A stretch of DNA of 63,712 bases, counting the filler, from Octopus bimaculoides (Eukaryota), in the NCBI RefSeq assembly GCF_001194135.2. It is 6 parts of 6 records of this genome, joined end to end, with 100 filler letters (N's around TTAATTAATTAA, not from the genome) between each part and the next. Parts side by side here need not be neighbours in the genome. Positions count along the whole stretch, not along the records: positions 23,476 to 47,899 come from NC_068989.1; positions 48,000 to 54,587 come from NC_068987.1; 4 more parts are not named here. One strand, 5' to 3'. This document shows positions 39,550-52,221 of the stretch, piece after piece (the stretch's first letter is position 1; every line of letters begins with the position of its first letter). The position numbers were made by a program, and so were the translations under genes. Below the pieces are notes generated by a model. That model did not search any database, was not told where the DNA came from, and saw only the letters and a list, made by a program, of their open reading frames with translations.

Positions 39550-40625
39550 GTGTTGGCAAGAAAGTAATTTCGGTTTTTTAGTGTGAAATAAAGGTCATTT
39601 ATTTTTTCATACAAAGAATGAACTTTAATCAAATATATATTTTTCATTTTGTTCTATGACCTTTTGCCATCTTTCTGGCAACTTCATGATTCCGCACTCA
39701 TAGAACTTCTGCGCCTTATCACCCCAAAACTGAAGCAAGTGCGATTTCAGGTCCTCATCATTATTGAAAGGTTTACCATTCAAAGAATTTTGCAGATTTC
39801 GAAACAAATGGTAATCTGATGGTGCAATGTCAGAGCTATATAGTGACTGTGACATCACGTCACAACCAAACTCCAGTAAATTTTCACGAGTTAGCAAATA
39901 TATATGTGGTCTAGCGTCGTCATGATGGAACACGATTCCTTTACGATTTGCCGTCTTTCATTGATCACTTCCTCCAGTTTCATTAGTTGTTGAGAGTAAA
40001 CCTCTGAACTGAACATTTGGTTCCTTGGAAGTAGCTCAAAATACGCAACACCTTTGTAATTTCACCAAATTGACAGTGTGACCTTTTTTAATGAAATTGA
40101 GCTTTGAGCTTTCGATGTGATTTGTGCTGGTTTATTACGCTTGGACTATAATTGTTTTCGATTGATATTGTTGTATACAAACCAATTTCATCACCAGTGA
40201 TGATTCATTTCCAAGAAAGTCAATTTTATTGCGTTTTAGATGCTTATCGCAAATACTCATTCGTTGCGTTAAATGAATCTCTTTCAATTCATGTGGAACC
40301 CAAATATCGAGCTTCTTAAAGAGTCAAAGACATTTTAAGTGATTTTCAGTTGTTGTGCATGATACATTCAACTTCTTTGCAATATTTCGCTCAGTTATAT
40401 GACAGATTCATTTATGGCTTTGATTCGATCATCATCAGTTAATCGACCAGAACGTTGGTCACCTTTGAGTGAAAAATCTCCGGAACGAATTTTTTTAAAC
40501 CATTTCTGACGTATGCGTTCTGTTAAGCAATCAACACCATAGATTTCACATACCTCTTTGTGAGCCTCAGCAGCTTTCTTGCATTTGCGGAAATAAAAAA
40601 AGCAAAATATGGCGAAAATGTTTTC
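39550..40625 (-). mobile_element. Near-full-length mariner pseudogene
   Basis: KKAAEAHKEVCEIYGVDCLTER..KWFKKIRSGDFSLKGDQRSGR at the N-terminus. FHHDDARPH..YSSDIAPSDYHLFRNLQNSLNGK..GIMKLPERWQKVIEQN at the C-terminus. TIR-like gttggcaagaaagtaatttcgg near 39552, and the 5' end runs into (TA)n. Confidence 0.92.
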
Positions 40626-41789
40626 CTTATATATATATATATATATGGGGGGGTCTATGTATATATACATATGTATATATAAATAATATATATATGTATT
40701 TATACAAATACATATGTACATACTTATATATATATATATNNNNNNNNNNNNNNNNNNNNNNNNNNNNNNNNNNNNNNNNNNNNNNNNNNNNNNNNNNNNN
40801 NNNNNNNNNNNNNNNNNNNNNNNNNNNNNNNNNNNNNNNNNNNNNNNNNNNNNNNNNNNNNNNNNNNNNNNNNNNNNNNNNNNNNNNNNNNNNNNNNNNN
40901 NNNNNNNNNNNNNNNNNNNNNNNNNNNNNNNNNNNNNNNNNNNNNNNNNNNNNNNNNNNNNNNNNNNNNNNNNNNNNNNTATGTATGTATGTATGTATGT
41001 ATATCTATACGCATATATGGGTACAAGACATCATAGAACGTAAACAACATGAAAAACGAAATACGAAAACGTAGAATACGAACTTTTTTTGCGAACAACG
41101 AAAGAAACAAATGGAAAAAAAGACAAGTAACATAAAAAACGACCTTTCATCAGTTATCAGCTGATTTATCTACTTCGCACTTAGAGCAATTACGACAAGA
41201 TGCGCCTTCGACAAAACAGTTGCTTCTGTAAAGCAAATTAAATAAAATTTGGGATTTGCAGAGGGTCAAAGTTGGTAACAAAACAGGACAGTGAAAACAA
41301 GCAGTAAGGGCTACTAAGCCATAACGAGGTAAGGTGGCTACACACACACACACACACACGTCCATAACAGTTAAGAGTTCAAAGGTCCGCGGCTTCTCAA
41401 TACTTAGCTAATTTTCTGAAAGGCCTCACAGATCTACGATGTGTATATATGGATGTTTTGAAAGAGCAATTAGATAAATTTTCATGATGTACTAGATAGA
41501 CCTACGTCACGGCAAGAAATACAAGGGTGGCAGCTCTGTCCAACTCATCGCTTCAGAACCGATCCCGGAGTAAAGGCCGGTCTAAAATAAACAAGCATTA
41601 GTGATAATGACGGAACCCCTGCATGCCCACAGTTTCTGGCTGAAATCGATAATAGAAAGTGAAACCACGCCGATCGTTGAGAATGGATTTTATTCATATA
41701 GAAGTACGTGCAGTAACTCCAAAATTTAGATTCCTTAAAATTTCAGAGAAACTGCAGATTTTTTGATAAAAATAATAATAACGGTTTGA

Positions 41790-41998
41790 AATTTTGGCTC
41801 AAGGCCAGCAATTTAAGCGGGAGGGATTAGTCAAATACATTGATCCCTATACTTGAAAAGTACTTTGTTTCATCGATCTTGAAAGGGTGCAAGGCAAAGT
41901 AAACCTCGGCGGTATTTGAACTCAGATTGTAAAAAGCCAGAAGAAATTCCACTTTCCTTTTTATCCGGCCTGCTAACGATTCTTCCAGCTCACCGCTT
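41790..41998 (-). mobile_element. SINE family A copy
   Basis: aaggcaaagtaaacctcggcggtatttgaactcag..tgctaacgattcttccagctcaccgc. Confidence 0.8.
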
Positions 41999-42299
41999 TC
42001 ACCATAATATGAAGTTTAACATCTTATTCGTGTAACTAGCTTTTTGTAGCAGTAGTAACTAACCAATCAAATCGTTAGTACTTAATTTAATTAGCTAAAG
42101 AGCTACAGTTGATGAATCGCCATTATCTTCAACAAAGTTTATGACAATGACAATTAATCTCTCAGTGACTTTATACATCAACGGATATCATTGTGATGTA
42201 CAGTTCACTATAAATATCTGACGAGTTACAAAGCATTATATAAAATTGTTGAATCAACATGATCCTGTAAAGGAATATCTGATATATTCGCCATGATTG

Positions 42300-42493
42300 A
42301 TCGCTAACCACTAAACCCTTTTTTTTTATTTTCTCTCTCTCTGTTTATTTCTGCGTTCCTATCTGTTGAAGAGCGTAGGTTCGAAACGTAAACGACTTTC
42401 TCACTTCCCGAGTGTTAAACTAATACATCTGTTTGTTGTTTACACACCCGTGTTCGTCTTTTATTTTGTTTGGGTTTTTTTTTTGTAAATTCC

Positions 42494-42500
<7 letters not shown>
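42300..42500 (+). repeat. ~200-bp interspersed repeat carrying a minimal-hammerhead-like motif (copy 1)
   Basis: High similarity to 52062-52217. Motif at 42363-42390. Confidence 0.7.
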
Positions 42501-42581
<81 letters not shown>

Positions 42582-42844
42582 TAATTTTTACAAGCCTGAC
42601 ACTTTTTCCATTGGTTTCTTTCCCGAAGCGTTAGGTTACGAGGTTGAAAACAAACTTACACCGTTTGTCAGGTAGTGGGGGAGAGAAACACAAATACAAA
42701 GATACGCAAACATAGTTACACAGACACACATACATACACACATATGTGTATGTATACATATATATACTTACATACGTACACAAACACACGCACACAGACA
42801 CACATATATACATACGTAAATACAAACATAAATACATACATACG

Positions 42845-42985
42845 TCGGGCTTTTGTCAGTTTCTCTTAATCAAATTTACTCACAAGGCTTTGATCAGTCC
42901 AGGGCTATAGTAGAAGATACATGCAGTGGAATGGAACCCGGAACAATGTCATTGGAAAGCAACCTTCTTACCACGCAGTCACACC
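42845..42985 (-). mobile_element. SINE family B head
   Basis: Reverse complement of the 23195-23350 body. Confidence 0.75.
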
Positions 42986-42987
42986 TA

Positions 42988-43030
<43 letters not shown>

Positions 43031-43544
43031 NNNNNNNNNNNNNNNNNNNNNNNNNNNNNNNNNNNNNNNNNNNNNNNNNNNNNNNNNNNNNNNNNNNNNN
43101 NNNNNNNNNNNNNNNNNNNNNNNNNNNNNNNNNNNNNNNNNNNNNNNNNNNNNNNNNNNNNNNNNNNNNNNNNNNNNNNNNNNNNNNNNNNNNNNNNNNN
43201 NNNNNNNNNNNNNNNNNNNNNNNNNNNNNNNNNNNNNNNNNNNNNNNNNNNNNNNNNNNNNNNNNNNNNNNNNNNNNNNNNNNNNNNNNNNNNNNNNNNN
43301 NNNNNNNNNNNNNNNNNNNNNNNNNNNNNNNNNNNNNNNNNNNNNNNNNNNNNNNNNNNNNNNNNNNNNNNNNNNNNNNNNNNNNNNNNNNNNNNNNNNN
43401 NNNNNNNNNNNNNNNNNNNNNNNNNNNNNNNNNNNNNNNNNNNNNNNNNNNNNNNNNNNNNNNNNNNNNNNNNNNNNNNNNNNNNNNNNNNNNNNNNNNN
43501 NNNACCCCTAATCGAATTTTATATATGTATATATATATAATTAT

Positions 43545-43732
43545 TCTTTTATTCTTTTACTTGTTTCAGTCATTTGACTGCGGCCATACTGGAGCACCGC
43601 CTTTAGTCTAGTCGAACAAATCGATCACAGGACTTATTCTTTGTAAGCCTAATACTCATTCTATCGGTCTCTAACACACCAACATCAGATGTCAAGCAAT
43701 GGTGGTGGGACAAACACAGAACACACACAAAA

Positions 43733-43772
<40 letters not shown>

Positions 43773-43922
43773 CGGGCTTCTTTCAGTTTCCGTCTACCAA
43801 ATCCACTCACAAGGCTTTGGTCGGCCCGAGGCTATAGCAGAAGACACTTGCTCAAAGTGTTCAGTGGGACTGCAACCGGAACCATGTGACTGAGAAGCAA
43901 GCTTCTTACCACACAGCCACAC
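43545..43922 (-). mobile_element. Full-length composite SINE family B with an internal (TA)n tract
   Basis: Head 43770-43922, (TA)n 43737-43770, tail 43545-43670. Confidence 0.85.
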
Positions 43923-44592
43923 ACATATACACACAGTGGGAGAGAGATAACAAAACTCAGTTTGTAAAAGGCATAAAATCATTGAGAAATTAATTTAGAA
44001 TGGATTCTATCTTGGAAATTAAACTTCGCGTGAACGGTATTAAATAACCCCAGGGTGCAAAACTCAGCATAAAGCTGTATTGTTCAAATAATAAAATCCT
44101 TAAAAGTTAATCCTATAAGTGAAAATTCTGTCCAAAGATTTTAAGGTTAGGCATTTCTTCGTTAATGTAGTTGATTTAATGAATGCTTATTCCAATTACA
44201 TCAATTTTTAGCAATGAAGGAAATAAAACAAATTATACGTTCGTTCTATAATCGACTCAGAACCCATAAATTCACAATTTTATCTCTGGGCTTGTCTAAC
44301 AATCTCTTTTGTGGCACTAGGTCTTGTAGCTGTAGAAGTAAATGAGACAAAACTGATCCAGTTTACTTTCTAGAAAGAAAATCAGCCCATTTATGCGTTT
44401 CTGAAAGCATGGATGTTATAACTTTCAGCGTTCTTGTTTATTCAGAGGGCGTTGAACATGTCATAAACCATAGTATGTAAATATTCTAGGGTATTCAGGT
44501 TCATTCCCTCTGCGTGACATCTTGGGCAGTTATCTTCTACTATATGCCGTGTGAATAAATTTGGTAGACGTAAACTGTGAAAGCTTGTCTTC

Positions 44593-45436
44593 TACGAGGT
44601 GGCATCAAGACGTTCCCGGACTAAGTTTTGTAGCGCGCCAACGGACGGCAGCACACGGTTGCTGCCGTTCGTTGTGACCCTCATGAAGCAATGTGTTGAG
44701 TGGCATCGCTGTGTTGTGAAATTGTGAATTATGTTTTTGTGATCACGTGAATGTTGTAGTCTGCGATTTTGTCATGACCAAGAACAAAGGGCCAAAGTGA
44801 AATTTTGCGTTAAACTTGAAAAATTTGCTACGGCAAGCTTACGACGATGAGGCAATGGGTCAGACACAATGTTTCGAGCGGCATGGGTGCTTCAAAAGCG
44901 GAAGAACGTCCCTGGAAGACAATGAGCAATCTGGAAGACCTTCTATGGGTGTTACCCCCGGAAATGTGCATCGAAGATTCGTCCCCCATGGCCAAACTGT
45001 AGATCGAGAGCTCTACTGTGATGTTTTGAAGCGTTTGAAGGAGGACATTCGGCGAAAGCGACCGGATCTGTGGAGTACGAAGAATTGGATTCATCACTGA
45101 GCTCTCCTCACTCATGAGTTTCGCGCCAAAAGCAACATAGTATTGCATCCACACTCGCCCTATTTGCCAGATTTAGCCCCTGTGAACTTCCATCTCTTCC
45201 CCAAGATGAAAATGCAGCTCTTAACACCGTTGTCGAGATCCATAGCGAAAAGCAGGTCCTTGACTCGCTTACCGAAAACGACTTCCAGGCCGGATTACAA
45301 AAGTGACAGAAACACTGGGACCGGTGTATTGCTGCGCATGGTGACTATTTCGAAGGAGATGACGTAAAAACTTAGGTAAATAAGTTATATTTTATTAAAC
45401 ATAACTAGTCCTAGAACCTTCTGATACCACCTCTTA
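44593..45436 (+). mobile_element. Internally deleted mariner with both TIRs and a TA target duplication
   Basis: TA-CGAGGTGGCATCAAGACGTTCCCGGACT at the left and AGTCCTAGAACCTTCTGATACCACCTCT-TA at the right. The transposase reads ..SLEDNEQSGRP..GNV|HRRFVPHGQTV..KRPDLW.. HSPYLPDLAPVNFHLFPKMK. Confidence 0.9.
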
Positions 45437-46639
45437 TGTAGATCAGTCCTGGGGTCACTCAATACATAGAAAGGTTGTGCCCTCAGCAAAAGCATCCAGG
45501 AAGATTTTGACTGTTATCTCTAACAAGCTGGGTGACCGCGTATAAATGTCTGGCTGTAAAGGTGAACAAGTTCTTATTCATCGTGTTCACTATTAATTTC
45601 ATTATACAGTAACAATGATTATATTCGTTTCTTTTGTTACGTCTAAAAAAGACGCTTCACTTTTGAGCTTCCACATTATTCTAAAATTGAAACTTGCTGA
45701 ATTTCAAATATGAAAATATTTTTGCAATAATCAGTTGCCAGAATCAGCAAAATGAGGTTGATTTTGTTTTCCACTTGTTGTGTTTTAGCTTTCTAATTTT
45801 CTTTATCTGTGTTTTTTTTTTCTGTTCTAAATATTTTCCTTTTTATTTTCGATATGTATATAGATATAGAAACAATATCATTAAGATGCTAAGACGCCTA
45901 CGAAACTACAATGAAACGTCAAGAAAAGGTTGAAAAAACATAATAGAACTTAAATTTTCATGGAAATCGTATAAGTTTCGCAAGATTTATTGAAAATACA
46001 TATAAATAAGTTATGAAAACAATTAATAAGAAAACGCTTCAAAGCGTCTATTGAGAATAAATCTGAAGAAGCGGTTGATGTAATATGGCTTTTTGTTTCT
46101 TTTCTGTATTTGGATATCTAAGGCAAATGAGACAACCTACAACATTTTTATCTTGAGTAATAATTCTATTTCTAGTTATAATCCTCTTTAAATATTTCAC
46201 TCCATTTGTTCTATTCCTATATATATATATAAATGGGGGAAATAAGTTCAGAAAAGAACAATTCAAACTTTTTGAGAGGTCCAAAAAGAGAAAAAGAAAG
46301 ATTTCTAATAAAGATTCCTCATATTCATAAAAATCAGCCAGAGCAAGTAATAAGAATATGAAAACAGTAGTTGAAAAATATCGTTATAGGTATAAATATA
46401 TCATAAACAAGTGTAGAAAAATGAAGGAGAAAAAGTGTTGCATCAAAATTAGATTTAATACAAAATAGGATTCAATACATACGCGCGTTTCAAAAGACAA
46501 TACAAATTATAATCATAGTAATTATAATTAAATTTATGCATTGTCATTCTCACCTAAGAGTGTAACAAGAACTAATAAGAAAATGAAAAAGAGGTAATCA
46601 ATAAGACTATTTAAGGTTAATGAAAAGAAATTTGAACAT

Positions 46640-47370
46640 ATGTTTACGAGAGAAACTCTTTCATCTCTTCAATTTAAGATAGAACCATTCATTTTCATAA
46701 TTATATAAGACTCTTCAAGGCACAAAAAGCACGTTCTATTTCTAATCTTATAAGAGGGGGCAGAAGAAACAATATTCCAAGAAATTGAGAAATTTATGTT
46801 GTCTCTTTTAAGTTGCCATACCTTTTTGGATAAACTAGTACTACTTTTTTTCCGAAAATCATTAAAAGATGATTTATGATTATTCAAACGTAATTTAAGA
46901 GGGGTCTGCGTGCAACCTATATATTGAAACCTAGAGAGATCATGTGTTGTAATAGTAGCTTTATATACAACACTTTTCATTTTACAGTTACTTTTAACCT
47001 CACAGCTGTTAGGGTTTCTACAGTTGCAATTGTTACTAATATTAGACGTACTATTGTTATGTGTATGTGTATTGATAGAGGACGAGTTTGTGTGAGCATG
47101 AGAATCGTTGGTAGAAGATACAGAGCTTTTGAATAATTGGGGTGAGTACAAGTAGTAGAGGAGGTAAAATTCTTATTGTAAAGATTTAGTTTTCTATTGT
47201 TAAAGGAAGAAATAATCAAACATAAGTTAGGAGAAACAGAAAAGCCAAATCTAATCATTCTGTTATTGGATATCTCAGCATACCTAGATTTATTAAAATT
47301 TGATAAGTAGATAGATGTTGACATCATAAGGAAGTTTATAAATTCCTATGACACCAACAACAATACTCGC
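46640..47370 (-). mobile_element. Penelope-like element fragment: RT-thumb linker plus GIY-YIG endonuclease
   Basis: SPNLCLIISSFNNRK, then CNCRNPNSCEVKSNC..SVVYKATI..YIGCTQTPLKLRLNNHKSSF..TSLSKKVWQLK..ISWNIV..CFLCLEE..I..LN. Confidence 0.85.
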
Positions 47371-47402
47371 TGCTCCAGAATGGAGAAAAGAATTCGAAAA
47401 AT

Positions 47403-47470
47403 TGCATTGGTATAGTGCCAGAACGCCTGTCATGTCTACAGAAGATGTGGGTTCGAGTCCTATGGTCAGC
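47403..47470 (+). pseudogene. Degenerate tRNA-like sequence (probably a SINE head)
   Basis: TGGTATAGTG (A-box-like), a CTGT/ACAG stem and GGGTTCGAGTCC (B box / T arm). The acceptor stem does not pair. Confidence 0.4.
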
Positions 47471-47564
47471 CTTCCACCATTTCTATCCAAAAGGGGTTTT
47501 CAGCCCAATATTTACATCTTATCATTTATAATTTTATATGTACTTTGAGAGTCAATTTCAGCGA

Positions 47565-47899
47565 GTATGTATGTATGCATATATAATTATACATATATAC
47601 ATATATATATACATATATATACATATGTACATATAAATATATATAAACATATATATATATACATATATAAACATATATATACATATATATACATATATAT
47701 ACATACATACATATATGCATATATATATACATATATATATATATATACACACATATATATATGTACATATATATATACATATATATATACATATATCTAT
47801 ATATACACATATATATACATATATATGCCCATATATCCAGATATATATACATATATATGCACATATATCCAGATATATATACATATATATGTACATATA
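47565..47899. repeat. Degenerate (TA)/(CATATATA)-type low-complexity array
   Basis: Direct reading. It generates spurious Y/I/H/T ORFs. Confidence 0.9.
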
Positions 47900-47999
47900 N
47901 NNNNNNNNNNNNNNNNNNNNNNNNNNNNNNNNNNNNNNNNNNNTTAATTAATTAANNNNNNNNNNNNNNNNNNNNNNNNNNNNNNNNNNNNNNNNNNNN
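47900..47999. other. Artificial scaffold spacer (3 of 5)
   Basis: Linker 47944-47955 with 44 N on each side. Confidence 0.95.
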
Positions 48000-48047
<48 letters not shown>

Positions 48048-48486
48048 GCATAGTTAGATAGATATATACATGCATACATACTTGAATGCATATACACACA
48101 TATATGAATATATATATACAAGCGTATGTATATATATATATGTACATCTAAATATATGCGATTTCTCTCTCTTTATATACGCATACATATATACATACAT
48201 ACATAGATGCATGCATATGTACAAATGCGTCTGTGTGTGCACACACATAAATATCTTTGTATGTATACGAATGTATGTGAACGTCTACATACGTATATAT
48301 GCATTTATATTTGTATATGTTTGCATGTATGTATGAATGTACGTATATACGTATGTATGTATGTATGTGTGTATGTATGTATGTATGTGTATGCGTAATT
48401 GCGTGCACACTGTGTTTCAGTATATATTTACATATCAATATACCGAATATGTCAATAAGTGAAATCATTAACACAGATATTGTTAT

Positions 48487-48518
<32 letters not shown>

Positions 48519-48921
48519 GCACACACACACACATGCAGTCACACTCATATACGTACATACACATGCTCACAAATGGGTTCTTGTGTATGTATGTATATAT
48601 GCATATATATATATATATGTGTGTGTATGTATATATATATATGTGTGTGCGTATGTGTGTGTGTGTATGTGTGTACACGTATCTATGAATATCTATGCAC
48701 TTTAGATATAGCCTCATTCATTCATAAAACATGATCTAAAAAATAATAATGCAAAAACAGCCGAAGACACAAAAAAAATAATTAGACGCTCATAAAGTGC
48801 TTCATAGGAATACATTCGCACATATCTCTACGCATTTATGTAAATATATGTAAATAGATAATATACATACATTCACACACATTATATCTACTCGTCAATA
48901 CATAATATATATACATATATG

Positions 48922-48957
<36 letters not shown>

Positions 48958-49421
48958 AAATAAATATATATATATATGTATATTTATATATGTATATCTA
49001 TGTATATATANNNNNNNNNNNNNNNNNNNNNNNNNNNNNNNNNNNNNNNNNNNNNNNNNNNNNNNNNNNNNNNNNNNNNNNNNNNNNNNNNNNNNNNNNN
49101 NNNNNNNNNNNNNNNNNNNNNNNNNNNNNNNNNNNNNNNNNNNNNNNNNNNNNNNNNNNNNNNNNNNNNNNNNNNNNNNNNNNNNNNNNNNNNNNNNNNN
49201 NNNNNNNNNNNNNNNNNNNNNNNNNNNNNNNNNNNNNNNNNNNNNNNNNNNNNNNNNNNNNNNNNNNNNNNNNNNNNNNNNNNNNNNNNNNNNNNNNNNN
49301 NNNNNNNNNNNNNNNNNNNNNNNNNNNNNNNNNNNNNNNNTAGGTATATATACACATACAAGTGCATATAGATATAGATATATACAAGTGACTATCGCAC
49401 TCTGACACACAGCTATTACTA

Positions 49422-49483
<62 letters not shown>

Positions 49484-50135
49484 TATACATATAATCACAC
49501 TTAAATAGTTTCCTTCATTCATACGAATTCTCTTCCAGTACCGTGAACTTGTAGCTTCCCTTAACAAAATAGAAAAAAAAAATCGGTAATGACGCTTGAA
49601 GGCTTCCATAATCAACTCTTCACTATCGTTTTGCGTCTATTTACGGTGACAGGGGCTACAGCCCAGCTACGTCACAATCTACAGTGTTTCACTGATTAAT
49701 ATTACCATCATAATGCACTCGATAACCCCGATGCTATTCTTCGTTATCGTAATTCCTCTCGCACTATCGTTCACTTTAATTCTGTGTGTGATTGTATGTC
49801 CTTGCATGTCTCTGTGTATTCGTGTGTGTATGTATTTGTGTGTGTGTGTGTTTGAGTCTGTGTGTACGTGTGTGCGTGTCTGTGTGTTTGGTGTGTGTAG
49901 GTACACATACACATGGGATATGAGCGCTCAAGTACATATACATATACTTATACGCATATACGCAAAAACACACACACACATGCGAACATATATTACTTTT
50001 CTTTCACAGTATCTTTGTATGTGTATGTATATATATATGTGTGTGTGTGTNNNNNNNNNNNNNNNNNNNNNNNNNNNNNNNNNNNNNNNNNNNNNNNNNN
50101 NNNNNNNNNNNNNNNNNNNNNNNNNNNNNNNNNNN

Positions 50136-50168
<33 letters not shown>

Positions 50169-50576
50169 ATATATATATATATTAATGCATACGTTTAAGA
50201 GAACGATAAGGTGCATAAAAAATAAATTGTCTATATTATATAAAATACACTTATACATATGCTATATATTTTAATGTATACTTTAATATACATGTTCAGT
50301 TTATTTTTATACTTCTTATCGCTCAAATTACTTTTATGTAACGATAATATATTGTAGCTTGGAATCCTTTTTTTTACTTAAGTCTATTAAGTACAAATTT
50401 ATGGAGCACTACGAGAAAACTTGGCGCGAAAATATTCCCACTACAATAGTGGTTTTGCTTTGCTAATATATGACATTTATCTATCTATTTATTATATATT
50501 TATTACATCTGTCAATATTCTGTACGTTAATCTGTGCAGCTTCCAATATAAATATATATTTAAGTGTCTGCAGAAA

Positions 50577-50635
<59 letters not shown>
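50577..50635. repeat. (TCTA)n microsatellite
   Basis: Direct reading. Confidence 0.95.
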
Positions 50636-50636
<1 letters not shown>

Positions 50637-51290
50637 AGTTTGCCTGTCTGTCTATCTACATAGATAGACAGACAGTTTTTTTTTTAAATACAAACAAACA
50701 AATATTTTGGGCAAAATATTTGGCGGCATTTAGTTACAGTATTTTCCTTTGTGAGTTCAAAGCCTGCCGTAGTTATCATTGAATTTTATACTCGGCGGTC
50801 GATAAAAACAATACAGGCCAAGTACTTGAGTTTGTTTAATCCTCCTCCTTCTCGTTTCAAATTATCCCAAACCCAATATCTTTGTGGTGTGATGGTGTAG
50901 GTTGAAATCAGTCGGTTTTGAAGCAACGGTTACATGTGAAGTATGAACTTAGAAGAACGTGGTTACACGATTATTAATTTATATTTGGGTGTTTCATAAA
51001 GATCTTATCCTGTAGCGGCAGTTAAGAGTTATCTCTGACTTTCATTTAAGAGCGATTGTTAGCTGTGAGTTACCCATGAGTTGCAGTATATGAGATTCCG
51101 ACTTCAAAGACGACGTCTGAATTTCCTTTTCCCGTTTTTCGTTTATTTCCTCTTCATAACTCTTGAAGATCATAACTTTTTATGCTCTCCTGAGTAGCAT
51201 GCTTGACTATGTTTACTCATATTTATTCACACTCTTATTTATAACGATACACATATGGATATGAATATATATATACATACATACATAATA

Positions 51291-51334
<44 letters not shown>

Positions 51335-52061
51335 NNNNNNNNNNNNNNNNNNNNNNNNNNNNNNNNNNNNNNNNNNNNNNNNNNNNNNNNNNNNNNNNNN
51401 NNNNNNNNNNNNNNNNNNNNNNNNNNNNNNNNNNNNNNNNNNNNNNNNNNNNNNNNNNNNNNNNNNNNNNNNNNNNNNNNNNNNNNNNNNNNNNNNNNNN
51501 NNNNNNNNNNNNNNNNNNNNNNNNNNNNNNNNNNNNNNNNNNNNNNNNNNNNNNNNNNNNNNNNNNNNNNNNNNNNNNNNNNNNNNNNNNNNNNNNNNNN
51601 NNNNNNNNNNNNNNNNNNNNNNNNNNNNNNNNNNNNNNNNNNNNNNNNNNNNNNNNNNNNNNNNNNNNNNNNNNNNNNNNNNNNNNNNNNNNNNNNNNNN
51701 NNNNNNNNNNNNNNNNNNNNNNNNNNNNNNNNNNNNNNNNNNNNNNNNNNNNNNNNNNNNNNNNNNNNNNNNNNNNNNNNNNNNNNNNNNNNNNNNNNNN
51801 NNNNNNNNNNNNNNNNNNNNNNNNNNNNNNNNNNNNNNNNNNNNNNNNNNNNNNNNNNNNNNNNNNNNNNNNNNNNNNNNNNNNNNNNNNNNNNNNNNNN
51901 NNNNNNNNNNNNNNNNNNNNNNNNNNNNNNNNNNNNNNNNNNNNNNNNNNNNNNNNNNNNNNNNNNNNNNNNNNNNNNNNNNNNNNNNNNNNNNNNNNNN
52001 NNNNNNNNNNNNNNNNNNNNNNNNNNNNNNNNNNNNNNNNNNNNNNNNNNNNNNNNNNNNN

Positions 52062-52217
52062 TCTCTTTCTTTATTTCCTTGTGTTCCTTTCTGTTGAAGA
52101 GCGTAGGCTCGAAACGTAAAACAGTTTCTCACCTTCCCGAGCGTTAAACTAATACACCTGTTTGTTGTTTATACATCTGTCTTCGTGTTTTGTTTTTCTG
52201 TAAATTTCAACTATATA
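52062..52217 (+). repeat. Interspersed repeat with a minimal-hammerhead-like motif (copy 2)
   Basis: TTT-CTGTTGA-A-GAGC-GTAG-GCTC-GAA-ACGT-A-AAA at 52088-52121. Confidence 0.7.
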
Positions 52218-52221
52218 TGCC

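Noticed and set aside
40995-41360. CTGATGA (minus, 41147-41153) as a hammerhead core
   Set aside because: I find no GAAA or stem II partner at a suitable distance. It may be a repeat remnant, but I see no second copy in this window.
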